Part shown: one piece after another, positions 56,201 to 64,000 of the stretch | How the letters are laid out: each line of letters starts with the position of its first letter | Position numbering within the stretch: the first letter of the stretch is position 1 | Assembly (NCBI GenBank): GCA_964035545.1 | Contig: OZ037765.1 | Span: forward strand, 18,104,995-18,168,994 | Length of the DNA: 64,000 bases | Reading direction: 5' to 3' | DNA from: Bugula neritina | Lineage: Eukaryota; Animalia; Bryozoa | The notes under the pieces: model-generated | What the model was told of the DNA's origin: nothing | What the model saw: only the letters and a program-made list of their open reading frames with translations | Database searches by the model: none | Position numbers and translations under genes: made by a program

Positions 56201-59200
56201 CAACTGTTTTAAAGGAAGATCACTTTCTACTCTTTTTAATAAAATTATGTTTTTTATAAAATTTTCTATTACTAACATTTTTCTAGCAATAAATAGCCTA
56301 TGTACAATCATTATCGTCATAGCTGTGCCCTTTTCAAGTTAGCATAAATTATTGATTTTTAATTCTACAGTTGAATATGTTGAAAAATCTGCAAGTTGCT
56401 AGTCTTTACATCAAACACCAAACTAGAATACAGCTAGAAGTCGTTTTCATGAAATTTTGTGGATTTGTTGAATATATTATCAACATGCTTCATTTGCGGC
56501 GTATTTCAGGGAACAAAGGCTATCCAATAAACAATGCTGCAGAGAGTATTTGTGTGTCAGCACAAGCAGCGCCAAACTTAATATTTGCACAGCCTCAGTT
56601 CACGGGAGCATCTGGACACCCGCAACTCTTTATAGCTGGACCCAACCCGCCTCAGACTGGTGGCATGTCGTATCCACAGATACTTATTCCTATCAACCCT
56701 TCACCTCACATTCAGCCAAACCTTGGTATTGCTTACTGTTTATTTTAAGTCAGCTCAGTGATTAAGCCGTGTGTTATACTGCAGCTAAGAGTAGTATGCA
56801 ATGAGTTGACAATAATTAGCATTAGTTGTATAATTCCACGAACTCCAATGTCGAATGAAAACCATCATCAGCATGAGTACAAAATTTATTATAAAATATC
56901 ATTTTTGAGTATATAACTTCCAAAAAATGTGCAGATAATAACTAAGATATATAACTACGCATCTAATGACAGTATAGAAACAAGATGTATGCATGCATCT
57001 AAAATTCTTGTGACTTTTGCAACTGGTAAGTAAAAGTAAAGATCACAAGTGATGAAGCTTGCTGCAACTGTTTAAATATAAATAGCTTACTAAAAATGAA
57101 TTAAATTAATTCAATTATGCTCCAGCCACATATTACACATGGTAAATGCAAAGAAAATAACATGGTTAAATAGTAGCTGTGGTATAGGTTACTCAGTTAT
57201 AATTGCTTATCAATACATGCATATTATGTTAGATTGCTGCGTTTAACACTATTTTTCAGATTTTGGGGCCTTTGGGAGAATGCTGAAAAATAGTCACTAT
57301 ATACCTTTGGGCCACTACAACTAAACTTGACAATGCTTAATGTAATTATTGTTGATAGTGTCTCATACACACTATTTATCTAAGAAGATTGATTCATAAC
57401 ACAGTTTCATCTGGTTACCCCAGCATATCCCTAACTCAAAATTAAAACAATGGCTAAAATCTGATAGCTATACTGGCATTAAAATTAATTGTTATGATTT
57501 TAAACATAATTATATATACAATACAAAGGAAAGTGGGTAAAAATCTTCAACAAAGATGCCTTGTTTTTATAATAATTACTGCTGGAAATGATCAATCATA
57601 TATCCATATTATACTCTTTCAGGTCAACAAGTTTCTGCCCCGCAGTTCATCACCATTCCAGCCTCTCCTATTCAGTTCCTAGCCAATCAGCCTATCATTG
57701 CAGCTGCCAACTTCACTGGTCTTCAGCCATTTACGATGATGCCAGATCAAACCAGCTGCACGCCGTCAGTAAGTAGTGCTAGTAGTAGGTTCAACTGATG
57801 AGGGCTGGTTCCAGAAAGCTTAAGTCATATGTGGAAGTCTTAGCAGTTTGCAAACAAAAATCTTAGTGAATAGTTCGCAAGCAGTTCAGATAAAATACGT
57901 TCACCATAGCTAAAATTATCCTATCATTTAAACATAGAAGCTTAGTAGTTTTAAACTACTACAACTTTCGTAAAGACACAAACTAATTTTGAATTTTCAG
58001 TAATTTAATACTGCTTAAGACTTTATGAGAACCACTGCTTATCAGAGTAACCAATCAGCTGTTGTTTAGTGTAGTCATGTGACATGTCCGTACAGCTTCC
58101 CCTGTCTCTAGGCTTACCTGTATGAGATAGGATGATTCATGTATATCAAAACAAAGTTGAACCAACTTTTTTTTACCATTTGAAGAAGTATGTAGTTTTT
58201 AGTAAAGAGCATCTTTTTTGTTAAGCATTACTGAATATCAACTTATTAATTTGTATCAAGAAATAATATTATTTCATGACACTAATACTATATCTTTAGC
58301 ATGGTGAGTTCTGTTTTCGTGTGGCTGGACAAAATTATGGCTCCTTAATATTTTTTGACCAGCTAATTTACGCTTCAGCCCATCAAGTTCTAACTTAACC
58401 TGTTGTGCTTATGCTAGCTGTTGTGCAGTGCTTAGTACTTTGAAGTTGCAAGGCTTGCTCCTTAGTGCGGCATTTTGCCAGACTAGACGAAGAGCAATTT
58501 TCATTCTTCAATTTCTAAAAATGTTATTTTAAGTGTGTTTCGTTTGCTGCATATTTCGTATTGGTGAAATTGTTTATTTTACATTGTGCTTTATACTTTG
58601 TAGTGATGTAGTAGCATGTATGTTGTAGTGTGTTGGGTGTGGAGCATACACATTACACACCCCAGCTATCCCGATACATATTTGCAAAGGTAATTGTTTT
58701 AGATGCATGTATAATTTGTATCATAATTTGATTTAAAATCCCTTTGTATTATGTAATATTGGACCTGTGTCAATTATCAACATAAAGTGCTAAATAAACT
58801 GAATTTCTATAACAGTAACAGTCACATTTAATATTTTTGTTGACTACATGTATTCAAAGATATATTTGTATTCTATGTTTGCATGTGATTGATACTAAGT
58901 ATGTTTAGAATGTTAGTCAAAGAAAGTAAGTTCCTTGCAGAGACCTGTAAACAGAATAAATTATTAAACATTCTTTTGAAATTTGTTAAGAAGTGCATGC
59001 ATGGGATTCAGTTTAGAGATAAAATAAAATGTAAAAACAATAATAAGTAGGCTTCAGTACATATTTTCGTAACCACGTAACATAATATATTGCAAGTTTA
59101 CATGATTCAAGGCTCTATATGTCACATTGTTTTTCGTGTCTGCAGACAATTATTGCTAAGCCCCATGCATTTTTTGACAATGTTTTATAATATTTACTGA

Positions 59201-62200
59201 CGCTTGCAGTTACATAAATATGCTAAGCAAATACCATATGCTGTTGATTTTAGTCGACCTCACAAAGTAGTAAACCACCAGCTGTTGTTGCACCTGGAAG
59301 TGTTTCTATTGTCCCACCGATGTTGCTGTCAGCAGCTAGTCCTGCAGTGTTCTCAGCTGCACCACTTACCTCATCCACTCAGCAGCATCAGCAAGATGTG
59401 ACTGGGAAAGCACAACGCAACCTAAACAATCCGGTAGGCAGACTTGTTACACATCAACAGTTACTGAATCGGAAACAGTGTTGTGTTATAGTTTATAGCA
59501 AGTAGATGTAGAGTTGAGTTTACCCAGCAGCCCCTGTGGGTCTGTGATTTGAATCCGGTGGGGGCAAAGCTTTTACAAGCTATTTCGGCCTTTAGTGAAG
59601 TTTAGTAGTACTTCGAGGGAGTTGAGTGGTCAGGGGAGCTTGAATACTGAAAAGTAGTAGAGATGTCAGTAGAGTTCTTGAGAACTAGGTGAGATGTAAT
59701 GTTGAGTTTACCCAGCAGCCCCTGTGGTGTAATTGGTTAGTGCGCCTGCTTGCAAGCCGGAGGTCTGTGGTTAGAATCCTGGTGGGGGCAAAGTTTTTAC
59801 AGTAGATACAAAAAATAACTTCTCAGTAAGTTAAATTATTGACTGCTGCTTCACTAAGCCATCATAAGCCTGCATGACTAGTAGGTAATACTGCTCACTA
59901 CAGCAGCTATTGTTTATTATTAGGTGTGTAGACTATAAGTGGAAGTTTGTTAAATCATCGTGTAGCATTTACATTGTTCTTACGAGCTAGCAACAGATAT
60001 GTAAAGACCAAAGTATACATTTTAAAGCCAAATATTCCAGAATACATATAAACAAACGTAGTATAGTTTCTTAAGTTATGGAATATTTTCAATAGGGTTG
60101 CACAAAAATAATAGTTGTCCAAATCATAAAAATATTATATTATATAACTACAAGTGTGTTTGTTGCTATTTTATGCTTCAGTATAAATATACAAGCAATG
60201 CAATATTTACCTTTAGTCTTATAATTCTGCAGATGGTGAAGTTTTTACCTTCAATTCAGTCACTAGTAAGCAGTTCCGTTGGCAACCAGCCAGACACACT
60301 GACAGGCAGAACAGCAGAGGATCTACTAACCAATGAGAATTGTTCACCAGGTTTGTCACGTGACAGTTTCTCAGATTAAAGCAGTTGCTAGGTATAATCA
60401 CTATACCTTATAAGTATCAGGGACCTTATTATTTTGGTAGTTGAGTATTATTGGTAGCATTCTTTCTTACTTTAAGTTTGATTTCATGCTATTGAAATAA
60501 ATTAATTCTTCCTTACATCAAACAACTACAGAATTACATGAACGTGTGCATAGTATATAATATATAAAATATTATTTGTAACATTCTATGTTAGGTTTTG
60601 CGCAATGAAAAAGTCCACCAAATACTTATGTATACATTTAGGAGCAAATGAAACGTTAGTTAGCAGCACTGAACCAGGCTCTATTATTGATGGCATAAAC
60701 CTGGATGATATCAAAGAGTTTGCCAAACAGTTTAAATCACGGCGATTGTCAATGGGTCTGACTCAGACTCAAGTTGGACAGGCGCTTAGTGTGGCTGAGG
60801 GGCCGGCTTACAGCCAGTCAGCAATCTGCAGGTAAAAGAAGGAGCAGACAATTACTAACATTTTATTTGTAGTAGTGCAAGTTAATATGGTCATATAACA
60901 CAACGAGTGTGTACAGGGCTTAGCAGAGTTCAGCATGTTATAAGTAATTTTGGATTGCAGTCTATAGTTAACAATGAGCCAGGTAATATCAATAGTAAAG
61001 CTGCAGTCAAGTCTACATTAGTTATATTTATGTGGGCAAGATAAAGAAGCTGTGAACTGTATCAGATTGTAGAACAAATATATAAAAATATTTATTGTCG
61101 CAGACTGATAGAAAATAGCAATGTGAAAAAGTTATATCATAAGTTATAGTTGCAAGTTGCAAGTTGCAAGTTGCAAGTGTAAAGATAAGTGACAATGCTG
61201 GGTTTTTGTACTAGTCAAAAAAGTTAGCTATTGTATAGTAGCCATAATGAGTGTGGAAAAAGCATCATATAGCTGGTATAGCTGTGATGATACGTGAAAA
61301 GCTATGATGAATTAGGGAAAAGCTTTCCCAGCTTATGTAAAGTCTCAACAATAATTATCAGTTTATATTTTATCATTTGCTAAGTTTGCATTTTTACAGA
61401 TTCTATTCTGTTATTCACTAGGTGCTAGCTAGGTTATAAACAATCCAAACACCACTGCAAATGACTTTATTACAAGCATCTTAAGATACATTTAGTTGCA
61501 TTGTCATCTGTAGCCTGTATAAAACAACAGCATTGGTATGCTGGACTTCTAACCCCTGAAAATATTTACCCGGATCACTAGACATTTTAGTTGACTCTTC
61601 TTCCTTACCTAGTTTCAAGAGTATTTTAGTTTTAGTTTATCAAACCAAAGATTGGCAGGAGTAACTCTAGAAACTTTTGAAAAAATAAACTTTGTTGAGT
61701 TTTAATGCAGATTGAAAAAATTCTGTTAATCCTAATCAGAAGATTACACATTTAAAAATTTATGTTTAGGTTTGAAAAACTTGATATCACTCCAAAGAGT
61801 GCACAGAAAATAAAGCCAGTGCTGGAGAAGTGGTTGCTGGAAGCCGAGGCTAGGTACCACTCTGGGACAAACAGTGCCGGTGGCATTGAGACATCTGACA
61901 GACTGAAGAAGAGAAAAAGACGGACTTCGTTCACACCTCAAGCAGTTGAAGTACTTCTAGAGTATTACTTGAAAAACAGTCACCCTTCAGGTAATGCATA
62001 ATGTTGTTTTATGATATCCACTAATTTCTAGTAAAATCTCATATGAATTGTGCAGGTGTCATTATATATGAAAATTTGCTCACATTGTACTACTTTATGC
62101 CGCATGCAACAGCTCTATGCTGCCTATGGGATAAACTATAAAGCATTGGTTGTTCCTTTCACATTGTTAGGGAGTGAAATGACTTGTATAGCCAACAAGT

Positions 62201-62334
62201 TGGGCTATGACAGAGAGGTGGTGAGAGTTTGGTTCTGCAATAAAAGACAAGCTCTAAAAAATGCTTCTAAAAAACTAAAACCTGATACATCTACTGCTGA
62301 TGTCCACTCATCCCAGTCTCCAGCTTTGGTCTAA
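53246..62334 (+). CDS. POU6F: POU domain class VI transcription factor (POU6F/pdm3-like)
   Basis: POU-specific domain DGINLDDIKEFAKQFKSRRLSMGLTQTQVGQALSVAEGPAYSQSAICR/FEKLDITPKSAQKIKPVLEKW and homeodomain KKRKRRTSFTPQA...YDREVVRVWFCNKRQALKN (exons 60642-60831, 61771-61991, 62172-62334). Upstream exons ~53246-53425, 55613-55781, 56510-56725, 57623-57771, 59254-59433, 60232-60391 and the start codon are less certain. Confidence 0.92.
55771..56134 (+). repeat. 17-bp minisatellite (TAACAGTRTAGGTAAGG)n spanning an exon/intron boundary
   Basis: About 21 units, with a ~74-nt higher-order duplication in the distal part; the first unit overlaps the end of POU6 exon 55613-55781. Confidence 0.95.
59718..59790 (+). 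pseudogene. tRNA-like sequence (apparent anticodon TGC/Ala); probable tRNA pseudogene or SINE head
   Basis: Acceptor stem GCCCCTG/TGGGGGC-A, A-box TGGTGTAATTGG, loop CTTGCAA, mutated B-box GGTTAGAATCC, downstream TTTTT; imperfect anticodon and T stems. An internally deleted duplicate lies at ~59504-59578. Confidence 0.6.
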
Positions 62335-64000
62335 GAGTCATCAGATTCTCAAATATTTAAAGCTTGGGGCCACGAATCTCAATAAGATGTGATCTTTATT
62401 TATATTATTCACTATATTAAATTAAAATCGTTTCGTCTAAATTACCAGTTTTATTTTTTTAACACCCTAATATGGTACGTACTTTAATTTTGAAAGGTAG
62501 TTCTAATGTTTTTTATTCAAAAAATTATGCTTTTTATTTGGGCAAAACTTATGAAGCTATTAACGTAAAACACTCTGTTAGCTTTGTACTAACATATGGA
62601 GATATGTAGATTCAGCTAAAGTAGAAAGCATAAAGGTGTCCGATATTACAATAGCACAGCATCTTTTGAATTAATAATATGTGTAAATTTTTGTGAAGCA
62701 ACTTTATATGACTATCCTATACTCTTCCTATTTTTCTAACTAATGTCTAAGATCTCAAACTCACAGGTGGCTTGCTAAAGCTGTTAATGATAGTTTAGCT
62801 TATTCAAAAATGTTATAAGTAAAGCACCCTAAACTAATGAGTGCTATGCTGTAAATTTGTTGTAGTCTGTAAGCAAATATGATAACTACAAGTATTTGTC
62901 AGCAATTTATGATACTAGTTATGAAGTTTATATATTCTTGTTTTTAGGCAATAATTAGAATAGCATAAATAATGAAACACAATATTACTGCAATATGACA
63001 CTTCATAATACTATGTTCAATGTTGAAATATCAGGGTTTTAATGTTTTGTAAAATAATAAAGTCCTACATAGAAAAACAATACTTGTGATGCATGTAGAC
63101 TAGTGTATAACAGATATTATGAAGTAGCCAACACAATTTATGTTCCATAACCATATTGTTGAAATTTTCATCTATAGATTTGAAATTTTTTCTTCATTAA
63201 TGTTGAGGGTTTATTTAATAAAATTGTGATTCTAAATCAGTGAGTTTAATCTAGTTGGATTTCTATTTTATGTTGCTAGTATATGTATGAAGCAATTAAA
63301 AAACGTCATTTCTAAGCATAATTTCGAATCCCATTATAAATAAATGTTATTATTTAGTCTGCTTTTAATTTTCCTCAGTCTATGTTAGCAAAAGAACACC
63401 ACTTGTGTAACATAATGCCAAGATACTTTTCCTGTTTTACAAGCCAAATTGTTTGAGCATCAGTCTTATAGAATGATTTGCTAATAAAGCCATAGAAAAA
63501 ACACAAAAACATCGAAAAGACAGCATGATAACTTTGAACAATATGTTTAAAAAATCAAAACTTAAGCACTTTGTAACAATTTAACCAGTATTGGTTTTAT
63601 TTAACCCTTTTTTCAAATTAAAAACAGTGATAAACACAGTTATTTTTTTGCTGAATACCAACTTTATTCAGTGCAGAAAGTTTTCCAATGCACAATTACT
63701 TGGATTGCCATAAAAAGTGATGGGAGAATTAAAGGTAGGTGGATGTTGGGGGTGTCTAAAATATATTTATTCCAATAAATAAAATATGCTGAGCATTGAT
63801 GATTGCAGGAAACCAGCATGAAATTAAATTATATTTTGAAAATAATTTAATACTTTCATATTTTTAGAAATACGAAAAGTAAGAAGGGAGGTAATTGTTT
63901 GATTGAAGCACCAAGGAGAGTTTGAATAATAAAGGGCGACGAAACAATAAGAAAATGTCACAATACTGACAAAATATATAAAAATAAGTCTATTAGGCAA

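Noticed and set aside
57790-57832. CTGATGA...GAAA...GTC hammerhead-like motif order in a POU6 intron
   Set aside because: Stems I, II and III do not pair next to the core; treated as a chance match.

Overview
AT-rich, intron-dense eukaryotic (invertebrate animal) genomic DNA; the organism cannot be named from the sequence. Left to right: the 3' part of a CR1/L2-group LINE inside an intron of gamma-tubulin (minus; 3' exons lie outside the window), NOL10 (+), GSK-3 (+), LRRC58 (-), PEX19 (+), an uncharacterised multi-exon gene (-), a decayed Gypsy LTR element, a 380-bp (CA)n tract, an intact Penelope-like retroelement (PLE; RT + GIY-YIG, Naiad-type cysteine motifs) and a class VI POU homeobox gene (+). 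The most striking region is 48.5-51.8 kb, a hammerhead-ribozyme cluster set among (TA)n tracts. The PLE has a type I hammerhead in its 3' UTR. A degenerate hammerhead of a different family lies 5' of it in the opposite orientation. Next to that is a non-coding, highly structured 272-nt tandem repeat with one hammerhead per unit, the architecture of a non-LTR retrozyme (predicted self-cleaving, circularisable RNA), beside a plausible autonomous mobiliser. Other oddities: a minisatellite built from a tandemly amplified splice donor in the POU gene, 3/6-periodic low-complexity tracts around gene 5' ends (apparently exonised in PEX19), a GSK-3 apparently lacking the inhibitory Ser9 motif, and an extra zinc-finger-like ORF in the Gypsy element. 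Exon coordinates were read by eye and may be off by a few bases.
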